A stretch of 64,000 bases of DNA from an uncultured Acidobacteriota bacterium (GTDB lineage: Bacteria; Acidobacteriota; Blastocatellia; RBC074): NCBI GenBank assembly GCA_963796275.1, contig CAWCKY010000006.1, positions 352,001 through 416,000 of the forward strand, given 5' to 3'. Both the position numbers and the translations under genes were made by a program. The notes under the pieces are model-generated. The model worked only from the letters and a program-made list of their open reading frames with translations. It searched no databases and was not told where the DNA came from. This document shows, piece by piece, positions 40,793-56,200 of the stretch (positions within the stretch are counted from its first letter, which is position 1; the number at the start of each line of letters is the position of its first letter).

Positions 40793-41014
40793 CCATGCAC
40801 CGCGCTGGTGGATTTTGTAGAGTTAACTCGTGTCAGAGGGAACTTATGAAAATATGCAAAGGCCAGCCGAGGGAACGAGGGGTATCGGCTGAACCGCTCG
40901 CATTGCATATCGGGCATATCGGGATGTTGGCGAAAGGCATTAACTATATTTTGGCCCGCTTGCCTTTATGGTCGTCTGAAACGCTCGTTTCAGGATTTCG
41001 GTCTCCCCGAGCGT

Positions 41015-42583
41015 TCAATGTTTCTTGCCATTGAGCTGCAGGCCATATTCGATACTGTCGACAATCGCCTGCCATGTGGCCGCAATTATATTTTCCCCGA
41101 CGCCGACCGTATTCCACGATCTTTCGCCGTCGCTCGTTTCGACATGCACGCGGGTCTTGGCTGCCGTCGCATTCTCCCCATCGAGGATGCGGACCTTGTA
41201 GTCTATCAGATGGAACCTGGATATCTCGGGGTAATGCGGCGCCAGAGCTTTGCGGAGCGCCAGGTCGAGCGCGTGCGCCGGACCTACGCCCAGACTGGCC
41301 GTATGCACCTCTTCTTCGCCGACTCTCAATCGCACGATCGCTTCCGGATCCCCGGAGGAGCCGATCCAGATGCGGTATTCGACCGTTTCGAAGAAATTCC
41401 GGCGTTTGCCGAGTGCGCTCAGGGCCAGCAATTGGAACGAAGCCTCGGCATCTTCGAACTGATAGCCCTCGTGCTCCAGCATTTTCAACTGCGTCAACAA
41501 TCGCCGCGCGGCATCGGCGTCCTTCGTGAACTCTTCACCGAGGCCATCGGCCTTGAAGCGGATGTTGCTGACGCCCGATTGATCGCTGATCAGCACGCGC
41601 GTCTCGTTGCCGACTGCTACCGGGTCGATGTGTTCGTAGGTCTCTTTCGCGCGCGCGACAGCCGAGACGTGAATCCCGCCTTTGTGCGCGAAGGCGCTCC
41701 GGCCGACAAACGCCGCCCGTTCGTTCGGTACGAGATTGGCCACCTCGTTGATATAACGGCTCGTATGCGTGAGCAGTTTAAGCTTTCCATCGGGCAGACA
41801 GCGCCGGCCCATCTTCAATTCCAGGTTCGGTATAACTGCGCAGAGGTTCGCATTGCCGCAGCGCTCGCCGTAGCCGTTGATCACTCCCTGAACGTGAGTG
41901 GCGCCCGCTTCTACCGCGGCGAGCGTGTTAGCGACCGCGAGCTCTCCGTCATTGTGGCAATGAATGCCCAGCCGGATCTCAGGAAACCGGGAGCGGACGA
42001 GCATGACCTTTTCGATTATCTGCTCGGGTAAACTGCCGCCATTTGTGTCGCAGAGGATTATCGCCTCGGCGCCTGCCCGCATCGCGGCGTTCAGGGTGTC
42101 GAGCGCGTATTCCGAGTTGGCGCGGAAGCCGTCGAAGAAATGTTCGGCATCGTAAAAGACGCGGCGGCCGCAGGCTTTTAGGTGACTGACCGTATCGGCG
42201 ATCATCCGCAGGTTCTCTTCGAGAGTGGTCTTGAGCGCGATCTCGACGTGAAAGTCCCAGGACTTTCCGAAGATCGTCACAATCGGAGTCTCAGCCGCGA
42301 GCAGGCACTGGACTACGGGATCGTCGGCTGCCATGCCGTTAGCGCGCCGGGTGCTGCCGAAAGCGGCCAATAGCCCTGATTTTAAAGAGACCGATTTTGC
42401 GCGTTCGAAAAATTCTATGTCTTTCGGGTTCGCGCCGGGCCATCCGCCCTCGATATAGGCGATGCCGGTTTCATCGAGCGCGCGCAGAATCTTGATCTTG
42501 TCTTCAACTGTATACGCCAGTCCTTCTCCCTGCGCACCATCGCGCAGTGTCGTATCATAAATTTCTACGAATGGGTCCTTCAT
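41015..42583 (-). CDS. cimA: Citramalate synthase
   Basis: [65 protein letters not shown]; probable ATG at 42583. Confidence 0.92.
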   Translation of the reverse strand: MKDPFVEIYDTTLRDGAQGEGLAYTVEDKIKILRALDETGIAYIEGGWPGANPKDIEFFERAKSVSLKSGLLAAFGSTRRANGMAADDPVVQCLLAAETPIVTIFGKSWDFHVEIALKTTLEENLRMIADTVSHLKACGRRVFYDAEHFFDGFRANSEYALDTLNAAMRAGAEAIILCDTNGGSLPEQIIEKVMLVRSRFPEIRLGIHCHNDGELAVANTLAAVEAGATHVQGVINGYGERCGNANLCAVIPNLELKMGRRCLPDGKLKLLTHTSRYINEVANLVPNERAAFVGRSAFAHKGGIHVSAVARAKETYEHIDPVAVGNETRVLISDQSGVSNIRFKADGLGEEFTKDADAARRLLTQLKMLEHEGYQFEDAEASFQLLALSALGKRRNFFETVEYRIWIGSSGDPEAIVRLRVGEEEVHTASLGVGPAHALDLALRKALAPHYPEISRFHLIDYKVRILDGENATAAKTRVHVETSDGERSWNTVGVGENIIAATWQAIVDSIEYGLQLNGKKH

Positions 42584-42715
42584 AACACTTACGGGAATTG
42601 CTATGCCGCTCAAACACTATGTCGCGTTAGCGGGATTTCCACGGCTAAGTTCATTCCCGATAGCGCGGCCGCTGTGTTCTTTTAGTGAAAGCGGCGAAGC
42701 GGTTGAGCAAATTGT

Positions 42716-43732
<1,017 letters not shown>

Positions 43733-43742
43733 TGAAAATAAC

Positions 43743-43825
43743 TCCTCAGAAATAGTTTTCAGTTTTCAGCTTTCAGTCATCGATCAAGATCGCCCCCAAC
43801 TGAAAACTAGAAACTGAAAACTTTC
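43743..43825. repeat. Heptamer-period (GTTTTCA/TGAAAAC) inverted-repeat intergenic element
   Basis: Tandem 7-mers on both arms; similar elements at 27150-27207, 38960-39310, 44381-44470 and 49561-49685. Confidence 0.7.
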
Positions 43826-43828
43826 ATC

Positions 43829-44377
43829 TTATACTTTCTCGTTAAGTGACACCTGCGAGAAGGTCTCCTCGTTGCCTTTCGGCTGGTAGATTTTACTTGC
43901 TGCAACGCGTGCGATCGCGACCGTTCCTGTGCGGACGACCTCGCGCATACCAATGGGGCGGAGCAGATCGATAAAAGCCTCGACCTTCTCGGCGTTGCCG
44001 GTCAGTTCGACAATAAAAGCATCGGTCGAGACATCTACCACTCGGGCTCGGAATATCTCGACGAGGCTCAGCACCTCTTGCCTTTGCACGCCCTGCGACG
44101 CGTTGACCGTAACCATTACCATCTCTCGCTCGACGTGCGGCCGTTCGGTCAGATCGGTGACCTTGATCACTTTAATGAGCTTGCGCAATTGTTTGATGAT
44201 CTGCTCGATGACGTGATCGTTACCGTGAGTGGTCAAAGTCATCCGCGCGATGCCTTCTTCCGGCGTCGGGCCCACGCAAAGCGTGTCGACCTGATAGCCG
44301 CGCGCGCTGAAGAGGCCCGCAATCCGGGTGAGCATACCGTATTCGTTCTCGACAAGTAGTGAAATTGTATGTCTCAT
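43829..44377 (-). CDS. ilvN: Acetolactate synthase small subunit
   Basis: [44 protein letters not shown]. Confidence 0.95.
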   Translation of the reverse strand: MRHTISLLVENEYGMLTRIAGLFSARGYQVDTLCVGPTPEEGIARMTLTTHGNDHVIEQIIKQLRKLIKVIKVTDLTERPHVEREMVMVTVNASQGVQRQEVLSLVEIFRARVVDVSTDAFIVELTGNAEKVEAFIDLLRPIGMREVVRTGTVAIARVAASKIYQPKGNEETFSQVSLNEKV

Positions 44378-44468
44378 AATCAGTTTTCAGTTTCCAGTTT
44401 ATAGTTTTCAGCAGTCGGTGATTCATTGAGATCGATAGCCATCGACGACTGAAACTTAAAACGGAAAA

Positions 44469-46172
44469 CTATGCCAGAATCATATCCTTGAGCGCCGCGC
44501 CCGCGGGCACAATCGGGAAGACGTTTTCCTCACGCGCCACCTGCATCTCTATCAGCACGGGGCCCGGGATATTCAATCCCTTTTCAATTGCGTGGGTGAC
44601 TTCGGACTTCTTCGTCGCGCGTATTGCCGGGACATCGAATGCTTCGGCGAGTTTGACGAAATCCGGCGCGACCTCCAGATCGCTGTGCGAGTACGTGTGA
44701 GCGTAGAACTGTTCCTGCCACTGACGCACCATTCCCAGATAGCCGTTGTTGATCAGCAGAATCTTGACCGGGATGTTGTACTGCTTGACGGTCGCCAGTT
44801 CGTTAAAGCTCATCTGGAAACCGCCGTCGCCGACGACTGCGACTACCAGGTCTTTCGGACGCGCCACCGCGGCGCCCATGGCTGCGGGAAACCCATAACC
44901 CATGGCGCCCAGGCCGCCGGAATTGAGCCATTGCCGCGGCGCATCAAAACCGTAGAGTTGCGCCGTCCACATCTGATGCTGGCCGACATCGGCCGAGAGA
45001 ACCGCCTCCCCCTTCGTGATGCGATGCAGTTCATGTATCACATACTGCGGTTTGATTATTTCTCCCTCCTCCTCATATTTGAAGGGATGTTGGCGTTTCC
45101 ATTCGGCGATCTGATCGAACCACGCCCGGCGATCGGTCAGCTGTGCGCCTGTTCCGAGAAGGCGCGCGAATTCGGCCAGCATTTGCTGGCAAACGACCTT
45201 CGCATCACCGACGACGGGTATCTGAGCTTTGATGTTCTTGCTGATGCACGATGGGTCGATATCGACGTGGATGATCTTCGCCCCCCTGGCGAATTCGTCG
45301 AGCTTTCCCGTCACCCGGTCGTCGAAGCGCGCTCCGATCGAGATGATCAGATCGCTGTTATTGATGGCCATATTGGTCCAGTACCCGCCGTGCATGCCGA
45401 GCATCCCCAAACTTTGCGGATGGCTTGCCGGAAATGCGCCCAGCCCCATCAGCGTGCAGGTCACCGGAAGGTGAAGTTTTTCTGCGAGCGACTTCACTTC
45501 ATCGTACGCGCCCGCCGTGATCGCGCCGCCGCCGACGTACAGGACAGGCCGTTCGGCCTGCATCATTGCTTCGACTGCCTTCTTGATCTGCGTCGTATGG
45601 CCCTTGAGCGTCGGGTTGTAACTCCGCATCGAGATGGTTTCCGGGTAAACGAACTCGGAGACGTGAGCGGTCATATCTTTCGGCATGTCAACCAGCACAG
45701 GTCCGGGGCGTCCCGAGCCGGCTACGTAGAAGGCCTCCTTGATGGTCGGGGCCAGGTCTTCGACGTTTTTGACGAGGTAATTGTGCTTGGTGCAGGAGCG
45801 GGTGATGCCGGTTAGATCGGCCTCCTGAAAGGCATCGTTGCCGATCAGATGCGTCGGCACCTGACCGGTGAAGACGACCACCGGAATCGAATCCATAAAG
45901 GCATTCGCGATACCCGTCACCGCATTGGTCCCGCCGGGGCCCGATGTGACGAGCGCGACGCCGGTCTTTCCGGTCGCCTGCGCGTAGCCGGCGGCGGCGA
46001 ATAGCGCGCCCTGTTCGTGACGCACCAGATAATGAGTGATGCCGAGCCCCTCGGCGCTTTTCGCCATCTCGTCATAAATATGGAGCACCGCGCCACCCGG
46101 GTAACCAAATATGTGTTTGACATTTTCGCAACGCAATGCCTCGATCAGAATCCGTGCGCCTCGCATTTTCAT
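44469..46172 (-). CDS. ilvB: Acetolactate synthase large subunit (biosynthetic)
   Basis: [55 protein letters not shown]. Confidence 0.96.
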   Translation of the reverse strand: MKMRGARILIEALRCENVKHIFGYPGGAVLHIYDEMAKSAEGLGITHYLVRHEQGALFAAAGYAQATGKTGVALVTSGPGGTNAVTGIANAFMDSIPVVVFTGQVPTHLIGNDAFQEADLTGITRSCTKHNYLVKNVEDLAPTIKEAFYVAGSGRPGPVLVDMPKDMTAHVSEFVYPETISMRSYNPTLKGHTTQIKKAVEAMMQAERPVLYVGGGAITAGAYDEVKSLAEKLHLPVTCTLMGLGAFPASHPQSLGMLGMHGGYWTNMAINNSDLIISIGARFDDRVTGKLDEFARGAKIIHVDIDPSCISKNIKAQIPVVGDAKVVCQQMLAEFARLLGTGAQLTDRRAWFDQIAEWKRQHPFKYEEEGEIIKPQYVIHELHRITKGEAVLSADVGQHQMWTAQLYGFDAPRQWLNSGGLGAMGYGFPAAMGAAVARPKDLVVAVVGDGGFQMSFNELATVKQYNIPVKILLINNGYLGMVRQWQEQFYAHTYSHSDLEVAPDFVKLAEAFDVPAIRATKKSEVTHAIEKGLNIPGPVLIEMQVAREENVFPIVPAGAALKDMILA

Positions 46173-46262
46173 AGGTATCTCCTCCTTCTTGATGGGAGAA
46201 ATCGTACCGCTCGCGGTACTGATCTCTTCGTCATCCGCTCCTTCCTCATATATTCACAATCT

Positions 46263-46304
46263 AAAATCAAAACCCCGGCGGCCTTTTCAGCTCGCCGGGG
46301 TTTT
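46263..46304 (-). terminator. Attenuator terminator upstream of ilvB
   Basis: Minus strand AAAACCCCGGCG-AGCTGAAAAGGC-CGCCGGGG-TTTTGATTTT; the antiterminator GCTCGCCG (46342-46349) can pair with the 5' arm. Confidence 0.8.
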
Positions 46305-46327
46305 GGATCTTGTAACCTTGTCGTTTC

Positions 46328-46420
46328 TCAGGTCGTCCAATCGGCGAGCAGATCGGGCCGGATCGCTACAGCGACTATGTTGATAATAATTACGCTAAGG
46401 ATCGGGCTGCCGGCTCGCAT
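46328..46420 (-). CDS. ilv operon leader peptide (30 aa, Ile/Val/Leu-rich)
   Basis: MRAGSPILSVIIINIVAVAIRPDLLADWTT*, followed by antiterminator and terminator. Confidence 0.8.
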   Translation of the reverse strand: MRAGSPILSVIIINIVAVAIRPDLLADWTT

Positions 46421-46594
46421 TCTCCCCGCGCTCGCAAAGGGCAGGGAAGTGTGAGTAAAGATTGAACGGCGATTCGTCATACGATTTACCGATGGAGGAT
46501 GGCGCTGAGCCATCAGAATTAGTACAGGCGTCAGTATATTGCATCGGAGATCGGGGTGTCCACATAATTGTTTTTATCAAAAAATAGATCCAGC

Positions 46595-47647
46595 TTATGC
46601 ATAGCGCCTGATGATCTCTCCCATCTCGCCGGTCGTGACGATCTTTGGCTGGCTCTTTAAATCGGGCGTGCCAAAACCCTCCTTGAGCGCTCTTTCGATA
46701 GCATCTTCGAGAGCCCTCGCTTCGCGCTCGAGCTTGCAGGTAAAGCGCAGGAGCATCGCTGCCGAAGCGATTGCCCCGAGCGGGTTGGCGATCCCTTTTC
46801 CCGCAATGTCCGGAGCAGACCCGTGAACAGGCTCGTAGAGCTCGACCTTGCCGCCGATGCTCGCCGACGGAAGCATCCCGAGCGAGCCGGTCAGAACTGC
46901 CGCTTCGTCGCTCAATATATCGCCGAACAGGTTTTCGGTTACGATCACATCGTAGCTAGCCGGGCGCGTCACCAGCGCCATCGCGCAGGAGTCGACATAG
47001 CCGTGTTCGAGAGAGATGTCGGGGTAATCGGCCGCCACACGCGTCACGACTTTGCGCCATAGCTGTGAGCTCTCGAGCACATTGGCCTTGTCGATTGAGG
47101 TGACTTTCTTGCGCCGCCCGCGGGCGATCTCGAACGCGACGCGTGTAACCCGTTCGACCTCCGGCGCCGTGTAGACCATTGTGTTCAAACCAAGGCTATC
47201 TGTGATCTCCCGCGGCTGGCCGAAATAGGCGCCGCCCGCCAACTCGCGTACGATCAGTAAATCCGTGCCGCGCACGATCTCGGGTTTGAGCGGAGATGCC
47301 GCGATCAGAGGTTCGTGCAGAAATGCCGGGCGCAGATTGGCGAACACTCCGAGGCCAGCGCGTAGTCCGAGCAATCCGGTTTCCGGTTTAAGCTTCGGCG
47401 GATTGTCGTCGTATTGCGGCCCCCCGACAGCGCCGAGCAGCACGGCATCGCCCGAAAGGCATGCCTTCAAAGTTGCATCCGGCAGCGGCACGCCGGTCGC
47501 ATCGAGAGCGGCGCCGCCGATCGCATGGCTTGCGAATTCGAACTCGTGACCGAATTTTCGCGCGATTGTTTCAAGGCATGCGACAGCTTCGTGCGTCACA
47601 TCGACGCCGATACCGTCGCCCGGAAGGACTGTTATTCTGGCTCGCAT
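46595..47647 (-). CDS. leuB: 3-isopropylmalate dehydrogenase
   Basis: True start [14 protein letters not shown] at 47647; [36 protein letters not shown]. Confidence 0.96.
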   Translation of the reverse strand: MRARITVLPGDGIGVDVTHEAVACLETIARKFGHEFEFASHAIGGAALDATGVPLPDATLKACLSGDAVLLGAVGGPQYDDNPPKLKPETGLLGLRAGLGVFANLRPAFLHEPLIAASPLKPEIVRGTDLLIVRELAGGAYFGQPREITDSLGLNTMVYTAPEVERVTRVAFEIARGRRKKVTSIDKANVLESSQLWRKVVTRVAADYPDISLEHGYVDSCAMALVTRPASYDVIVTENLFGDILSDEAAVLTGSLGMLPSASIGGKVELYEPVHGSAPDIAGKGIANPLGAIASAAMLLRFTCKLEREARALEDAIERALKEGFGTPDLKSQPKIVTTGEMGEIIRRYA

Positions 47648-47649
47648 CG

Positions 47650-48168
47650 TTAAGCAGTGCCCTTCGCTTTCTTCTGGATGTGGGGTAGCAGCCCCCCGTC
47701 TTCGATCAACTCGCGCGCGAAATCGCTCAGGGGAACGAAGGCCGCCTCGATCCCGCGCGTCAAATTGCGCAAACGGCCCGCTGCCAGATCGAGCTCGAGC
47801 TGGTCGCCGGTCTGCACGATTTCGACGGCCTCCGGGCATTCGATCGCCAGAAACCCGTTATTGATGGCATTGCGAAAGAATATGCGTGCATAACTCCTGG
47901 CGATAACCGCGCGCACTCCGGCTCCGCGCAACGCCCAAACCGCATGTTCGCGCGAAGAGCCGCAGCCGAAGTTGTCTCCCGCGATCAGGAAATCGCCGGA
48001 TTTGACCCGTTTGATAAAATCCGTGTCGATATCTTCCATAGCGTGCTTTGCAAGCTCTTCCTCTTCGTGAACGACGAGATAGCGTGCGGGAATGATCTCG
48101 TCCGTATTGATATGCGCGCGTTCGAAAACGTGCGCCGCGCCTTTCAGATTGGTTGGTAGTTCTGGCAT
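47650..48168 (-). CDS. leuD: 3-isopropylmalate dehydratase small subunit
   Basis: [37 protein letters not shown]. Confidence 0.94.
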   Translation of the reverse strand: MPELPTNLKGAAHVFERAHINTDEIIPARYLVVHEEEELAKHAMEDIDTDFIKRVKSGDFLIAGDNFGCGSSREHAVWALRGAGVRAVIARSYARIFFRNAINNGFLAIECPEAVEIVQTGDQLELDLAAGRLRNLTRGIEAAFVPLSDFARELIEDGGLLPHIQKKAKGTA

Positions 48169-48279
48169 GGTTTAACCGTTGAGATTACTCAATTGATGAC
48201 AGTTCGGCGAATACCCGTTCGCAGCCGATCGCGGCACTGATTGTTTTGGCTCTCCTTCTACCCATTCGCACATAATTCG

Positions 48280-49545
<1,266 letters not shown>

Positions 49546-49670
49546 AGAAAACTCCCAAGACAGTTTTCAGTTTTCAGTTTCAGTTTTCATTCGCCTGAAC
49601 TGTGGCAACGATGAGCGAACTGAAAACTTAAATGAGCGAACTGAAAACTTAAACTGAAAACTGAAAACTA

Positions 49671-51209
49671 TCAACTATCAACTATCTTCTTCCTCTCTTT
49701 CGCATAAAGAGCCTTATTAACCGCATTGAGATATGCGCGAGCGCTGGCATCGACGATATCCGTGCTCGCGGCTTTACCGGTATACGACACGTCCTCGAAT
49801 TCGACGTGAACAAACACTTCACCGACGGCATCTTTACCGCGCGTTATTGAACGCACGGTGTAATCGACCAGGATTCCGCTCATTCCGATGATCTTGTCGA
49901 TCGCTTCGTAAACTGCGTTGACCGGCCCATCGCCGGCAGCAGTCTGCGTAACGCTCTCTTCGGATTTCGTATCTGCCAGGGTCACCAGAGCGGTCGCCAG
50001 CGCGGATGTGCCGGCCGTCGCCTGAACGGCGCGCAACTTATAGCGTTCGGGGATATTCGCAATGCCGTCCTGCATAATCGCGAGGAGGTCTTCTTCAAAT
50101 ATCTCTTTCTTCTGATCGGCGAGCTTGGTGAATAGTTTGTAAGCCTTGTCAAGTTCGGGACGGGAAAGCTGGTAGCCCATCTCTTCGTATTTTTTGTTGA
50201 GCGCGTGACGCCCCGAGTGTTTGCCCAGAACGATGTTATTTGTCTTCACCCCCACCGATTCGGGCGTCATGATTTCATAAGTCAGCCGATTCTGGAGCAC
50301 CCCATGCTGATGGATGCCCGCTTCGTGCGCGAACGCATTCTTGCCGACGATCGCTTTGTTCGGTTGGACCAGAACGCCGATGATGTTCGAGAGCGTCTGG
50401 CTGGAACGGTAGATCTCTTCGCTGGCGATTCCGGTCTCGAACGGCATCAGGTCTTTCCGCACGCGCAAGGCCATGACGATCTCCTCAAGCGAGGCATTGC
50501 CAGCTCGTTCTCCGATGCCGTTGACCGTGCATTCGATCTGCCTCGCCCCTGCCGCTACCGCGGCCAGCGAGTTGGCGACCGCCAGCCCGAGGTCGTTGTG
50601 GCAGTGTATGCTGATTATCGCCTTGTCGATATTAGGCACCCGTTCGCGCAGGGTAGTGATGATGCGCGTGTATTCCGAGGGGATCGTGTAGCCGACCGTA
50701 TCCGGTATATTGACGACCGTCGCTCCCTCATCGATCACCGCTGTGATCACCTCTACCAGATATTCAGGATCGCTGCGCGTCGCGTCTTCCGCCGAAAATT
50801 CCACGTCGTCGGTGAACCTCTTCGCCATCCGCACCGCATTGCAGGACATCTCCATCACCTCCGCGCGGCTCTTTTGCAACTTGTATTGAAGGTGAATGTC
50901 TGAGGTGGCTACGAAAGTGTGGATCCGCGGACGGGCGGCGTGTGAAAGCGCTTGCCAGGCGCGCTCGATGTCGTCCGAGGTCGTGCGACATAACGCCGCG
51001 ATGACCGGACGCCGGCAGGTCTTCGCAACTTCTCGCACGGCCGCGAAGTCGTCATCGGACGCGATCGGGAACCCCGCTTCAATAATGTCCACCCCGAGCT
51101 CGTCGAGCTGCCGCGCCATCCTTAACTTCTCTTCCAGGTTCATACTGCAGCCGGGCGACTGTTCACCGTCTCGCAATGTCGTGTCGAAGATCGAAACACG
51201 ATCGTTCAT
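49671..51209 (-). CDS. leuA: 2-isopropylmalate synthase
   Basis: [51 protein letters not shown]; ATG at 51209 after GGAGG. Confidence 0.96.
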   Translation of the reverse strand: MNDRVSIFDTTLRDGEQSPGCSMNLEEKLRMARQLDELGVDIIEAGFPIASDDDFAAVREVAKTCRRPVIAALCRTTSDDIERAWQALSHAARPRIHTFVATSDIHLQYKLQKSRAEVMEMSCNAVRMAKRFTDDVEFSAEDATRSDPEYLVEVITAVIDEGATVVNIPDTVGYTIPSEYTRIITTLRERVPNIDKAIISIHCHNDLGLAVANSLAAVAAGARQIECTVNGIGERAGNASLEEIVMALRVRKDLMPFETGIASEEIYRSSQTLSNIIGVLVQPNKAIVGKNAFAHEAGIHQHGVLQNRLTYEIMTPESVGVKTNNIVLGKHSGRHALNKKYEEMGYQLSRPELDKAYKLFTKLADQKKEIFEEDLLAIMQDGIANIPERYKLRAVQATAGTSALATALVTLADTKSEESVTQTAAGDGPVNAVYEAIDKIIGMSGILVDYTVRSITRGKDAVGEVFVHVEFEDVSYTGKAASTDIVDASARAYLNAVNKALYAKERKKIVDS

Positions 51210-51412
51210 TCTTCCTCCCTCCACCTCTTTCGAGAATTTTCAGATTTCAAATTCTCAAATTTGAGCTGGTAAACATGGAATGTTCATTAATATTTCACCA
51301 CGGTCCGCGCAAGGGGCTACCAAATAACGCAAAAATATTGGACTGCGCACCATTATTCGCGCATCATAACACCTGTGGTTGCCCTTGCACAGTTTATAAT
51401 TTTTACGATAAC

Positions 51413-51427
51413 ATAAAACAGGCTTAT
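51413..51427. promoter_or_regulatory. LysR-type binding box
   Basis: ATAA-N7-TTAT (contains T-N11-A) between leuA and the divergent LysR transcription unit. Confidence 0.55.
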
Positions 51428-51634
51428 AGCTCCCACATGCTCCCAACGCTCCCAAAGCCCGATAAGAAGGGATGAGGCGTCGTAGATGGCGGCGCCCAGG
51501 AGACGACCAGAGCCAGAAAATGATAAAAATAGTTTCCGGCACTCAGAATTGGGGATTCAGTATTAAGTATTCAGTTGGAAGGGTCTCGATGGCGCAGTGA
51601 AAAAAGAGCTGGAGACTATGTACTGAGGGGTTAC

Positions 51635-52090
51635 GTGAAAAGCATCAAGCGATGGTGGATACAAGTAAGCGGGAAACTCTCGTTAGACCCGCGAGAGATT
51701 GAAGATGTGACCGCACGGGAGTTGCGCCGGATGATGAGGCGTTGCCCGGTATGTCGCGGAGACTTCACCCAGCATTTTTATACGCTGTTTGCGATGACGG
51801 TGGTCACAGACGATAGCAGTTTTCGGGTCAGACAATTCTTCAATGCATGCGATGACCGGGACTGGATGGAGGCGCAAAGGTTTCAGGAGTTCGATTCGGA
51901 ACAGGATGCGGTCCTCGCATATGTGATGAGATGCCACACCGGGCGAAAAGCCTTTCTCCTCGAACTGAGCCCGTTCGAATATTACGAACCGGATCGGTTG
52001 TTTGCCTTGTCACTTCTCGATAATGAGAGCGGTCAGACGCTCGACCATCATATCGAGGAGAAAAACTGGAGGAGATTGAGTTGGACTTAG
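51635..52090 (+). CDS. Hypothetical protein with CxxC, overlapping the LysR start
   Basis: Open frame with RRCPVC and RCHTG; GTG after GAGGGG; stop overlaps the LysR 5' end. Confidence 0.55.
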   Translation: MKSIKRWWIQVSGKLSLDPREIEDVTARELRRMMRRCPVCRGDFTQHFYTLFAMTVVTDDSSFRVRQFFNACDDRDWMEAQRFQEFDSEQDAVLAYVMRCHTGRKAFLLELSPFEYYEPDRLFALSLLDNESGQTLDHHIEEKNWRRLSWT

Positions 52091-52968
52091 CGCAGCTTGA
52101 AATATTTTTATGCATAGCCGAGGAGAAGAGTTTTTCGCGTGCGGCCGAGAAGATGCTGCGGACGCAGCCGGCGCTCAGCATCGCGATCAAACGGCTCGAA
52201 GAGGAACTGGGCGAACCTTTGTTCGACCGCAGCAGCAAATCGGGCACCTTGACCGAGGCGGGAAGGATCCTCCTCTCATACGCGCAGCGAATGATCAATA
52301 TGCGCGATGAGGCCAAGGAAGCGATCAGCGAATTGCGCGGGATGTTTCGCGGGCGCCTGACGATCGGCGCCAATGAGAGTACTTCGCTCTATCTCCTGCC
52401 CAAACTCCTGCTCGAATACAGAAGACGGCATCCGCAGATTAAGATCGCGGTCTTTCGCAATATTTCCGAAAAGATCCCTCTGGAGGTATTGGAGAGGAAC
52501 CTCGATTTCGGATTTCTTTCCTTTGATCCCATGCATCCGTCGTTGCAGTCTCTCGAAGTCCATCGCGATGAGCTGGTCCTGGTCGTCCCCCCGAAGCATC
52601 AGCTGGCTGGCCGCAAACAGGTGTCGGTGAAGGATCTCGGTGAGGAACATTTCGTCGCGCACAACGTCAAGACACCCGCCCGCACGCGTATCTTCGACTT
52701 CTTCGCGCATCACCGCACGCCGCTCAACATCAGCATAGAGCTGGCAACGCTCGAGACGATCAAGGAATTCGTCAAGCTCGAAGTCGGACTCGCCATCCTA
52801 CCGCGACTCGCCGTCGAGGAGGAGATCAAATCCGGCGACCTCATCGAAGTCCCGGTCAAAGGGATGAAGATAGAGAAGACCTTGAGACTGGTCTACCGGC
52901 GCGAGCAGACCCTTTCACACGCGGCCAAGTCGTTTCTGGAGCTGGTAAAAGGGCCAATTAATGGATAA
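52081..52968 (+). CDS. LysR-family transcriptional regulator (CysL/CmpR-like)
   Basis: [35 protein letters not shown]; GRLTIGA; ETIKEFV..GLAILP. Confidence 0.95.
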   Translation: MDLAQLEIFLCIAEEKSFSRAAEKMLRTQPALSIAIKRLEEELGEPLFDRSSKSGTLTEAGRILLSYAQRMINMRDEAKEAISELRGMFRGRLTIGANESTSLYLLPKLLLEYRRRHPQIKIAVFRNISEKIPLEVLERNLDFGFLSFDPMHPSLQSLEVHRDELVLVVPPKHQLAGRKQVSVKDLGEEHFVAHNVKTPARTRIFDFFAHHRTPLNISIELATLETIKEFVKLEVGLAILPRLAVEEEIKSGDLIEVPVKGMKIEKTLRLVYRREQTLSHAAKSFLELVKGPING

Positions 52969-53080
52969 TGGATAATGGATAATGGATAATGGATAATGGA
53001 TAATGGATAATGGATAGTTGATAGTTCGTATACACCGTGGCAACAATCTATACGAATTATCAATTATCCATTATCAATTC
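52959..53080. repeat. (TAATGGA)x8 tandem repeat with a downstream inverted arm
   Basis: Eight exact copies at 52959-53014; complementary TATACGAATTATCAATTATCCATTATC near 53049-53075. Confidence 0.85.
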
Positions 53081-53250
53081 TCTTGACATAGCAATTCTCA
53101 CTGAGCAAGAAGATCGAGCAGGAGTTGGTTCGAAGACATATACAGGTATATTGCGTATTCAGCATTGAGGAGAGTCTTAGCCTGAAGCTGTAATTTTCAC
53201 ACTCTTCAATCTCGAATCAATACATTCACTACTACACCCACTCTAAGAAC

Positions 53251-56200
53251 ATGAAACTCCGAAAAGTCGCGTATCTCTTAAGCACATTGCTCTTATGCGC
53301 AGCAGCCCTCAAGCTCGCGCAGCCGTCCCTGGGCTCGATGATCCAGCAATCGCCAGCGCCGCCGTCTCTCATGGAAAACCTTGGCCGCGGCGTGGTTGCC
53401 GTCCGAACTACGACCTCATCGGTCTTCGTCGGTTGGCGGCTGCTCGGTACCGATCCCCCGGATACCGCCTTCAACCTTTATCGTTCAACTGGCGGAGGTG
53501 AGCCGGTGCTTCTCAATCCGGAGCCCATCGCCGATGTAACGCAATTCGTTGACGGTATGGCGGACCTCACACAGGCGAACGTCTATTCGGTACGCCCGGT
53601 CATTTTCGGCCTCGAGCAGCCGTCGGGAGGGGCTTTCACGTTACCGGCTGACGCTGCGCTCCAACAATATCTGCGGGTCCCGCTGCAGGTGCCGCCGGGA
53701 GGGACGACGCCGGCGGGCGAGGCATATACCTACAGCCCGAACGATTCCAGCGCGGGCGATCTCGATGGCGATGGCGAATACGAGCTCGTGGTCAAATGGG
53801 ATCCCTCGAATGCGAAGGACAATTCGCAGGCAGGCTACACAGGCAATGTCTACCTCGACGCATATAAGCTCGACGGCACCCGTCTCTGGCGCATCGACCT
53901 CGGTCGCAACATACGCGCCGGCGCGCACTACACCCAGTTCCAGGTCTACGACCTCGACGGAGACGGCAGAGCCGAGGTCGCATGCAAGACAGCGGATGGC
54001 ACCATCGACGGTGCCGGAACGGCGATCGGAGATGCAAACGCCGATTTCCGCAACGAAGGGGGATATATCCTGGGTGGGCCCGAATTCCTCACTGTCTTCG
54101 ACGGCTTGACCGGCGCTGCGCTTGCGACCGCGAGCTACGTCGTACCGCGCGGCGTTGTCGATAACTGGGGCGACAACTATGGCAATCGGGTGGATCGTTT
54201 CCTGGCAGCCGTAGCATATTTGGACGGCCAGCGACCGAGCCTCATTATGTGCCGTGGTTATTACACGCGGGCAGTGATCGCCGCGTGGAACTGGCGCGAC
54301 GGAGCGCTCACCAACATCTGGACGTTCGATACCGGCGACACGGGAACTCAGAATCAATATGCTGCCTGGCGCGGCCAGGGCAACCATAACCTCAGCGTCG
54401 GCGATGTCGACGGAGATGGGAAGGACGAGATCATGTACGGCTCTGCCGCCATCGATGACGATGGTGGCGGTCTTTTCTCAACCGGTTGGGGGCACGGCGA
54501 CGCGCTCCACATGTCGGATATGGATCCTGATCGGCCGGGCCTGGAAGTTTTCCAGCCGCACGAGAGCCCCACTAGTTACGGGCCGAACGGCGCCGAGTTC
54601 CGCGACGCGCGCACCGGTGCGCTGATCCTCGGCGTGCAGGCATCCGGGGATATCGGCCGCGGGCTCGCGCTCGACGTCGATCCGCGTTACCGAGGTTATG
54701 AGATGTGGGCTTCCGGCAGCGCGGGCGGAATGTACACGGCGCAGTTGTCCACGCCCAATGCCGTGCTGGGAGCGCGCGGCGTCGAGATCGCGTCGGCCAA
54801 GCCCTCGATCAATTTTGGCCTGTGGTGGGACGGCGATTTGCTGCGCGAACTGCTCGATGGCACGGCTATCACCAAATGGGACTGGCTCGCGGGAAACACC
54901 AGCAGTCTGCTGTCTGACTCGGGTATCTCATCTAACAATGGAACCAAGGCTACGCCGGCATTGAGCGCCGACATCCTCGGCGATTGGCGCGAGGAGGTGA
55001 TCTGGCGCGAATCGAATAACTCTGCGCTGCGCATTTATACGACCACGATCCCGACGACATTCCGTTTCTACACGCTGATGCACGACCGCCAGTATCGGGA
55101 GGCGATCGCTTGGCAAAATACCGGATACAATCAACCGCCGCATCCGAGTTTCTACATGGGCGACGGTATGGCGCCGCCGCCGGTCCCCCATATCGTCACA
55201 TCGCTCGATACGCTTCTCGGCCCCGCCGCGCCGGTATTTACTGCCATCGATACGGACGCCGGGCGTTCGGCTGGTGATACCGTCACAAACGACCCCACGA
55301 TCGTGCTGTACGGAACGTCAGCGCCGAACACGACAGTAACGGTGACTCGGTTTGGCGTGGGTGCGATCGGCGCCATCACCGCCGACGCCGCCGGGAATTG
55401 GGCGATCGATTACACCGGAACCTCGCTGCCGGGCGGTAATGCCTTTTTCACCGCGACTGCCACCGACGCAAACAGCAGGACGGGCGCGCCGACGCCGCCG
55501 TTCCGCGTGACGATCGACCTCGTTCCGCCGGGAGCGCCTGCCATCGCCGATATCGCCGATGAGCTCAATTTCACGGGGACGGCCGAACCGGACAGCATGA
55601 TCAGCATCACTCGCACCGGATCGGGCGCGATCGGCGCCGCCACCGCCGACGCTTCCGGCGTCTGGACGCTGGCTTATTCCGGCCCGCCGCTCGATCCAGG
55701 CAGCCATTCCTTCACCGCAACGGCAACGGACCTGGCAGGGAATACGGGACCGGCCTCTGCGATATCGACCATCGATACGACTGTGGCTGCGCCCGTCATC
55801 TCTATGATCAGCGACGATACCGGATCATCTCCGACTGACGGGGTCACGAGCGACAGCACCCTCGTATTGAACGGGACTGCGACAGCCGGCCATACCGTCA
55901 CCGTGAAGATACAGGGGGGCGCAGCGCTCGGCGCCGCGACCAGCGATGGGAGCGGCCAATGGAGCCTTGACTACACGGGCAATATTCTTTCCGATGGCGC
56001 TTACGTAATTTCCGCCTCGGCGAGCAACGGAACGGGGACCAGCCTCTCGTCCAGGGCATTTCCGGTCAGGATTGACACGGCTGCTCCGGCGGTTATTTCG
56101 GTGAACCGCCAAAATCCGACGGCGGCGATCAGCAGCGCCGACACCATAACTTTTCGGGCATCATTCAACGAGGCGGTGGTTGGAGCTGGCGATTCCGATT

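Noticed and set aside
40833-40940. 35-aa minus-strand ORF MPFANIPICPICNASG... as a second Cys leader
   Set aside because: It lies upstream of the predicted cys promoter, has no clear RBS, and the two Cys arise from a 9-bp duplication.
46595-47839. 414-aa extended LeuB from the ORF track
   Set aside because: The extension overlaps leuD; the conserved LeuB N-terminus starts at 47647.
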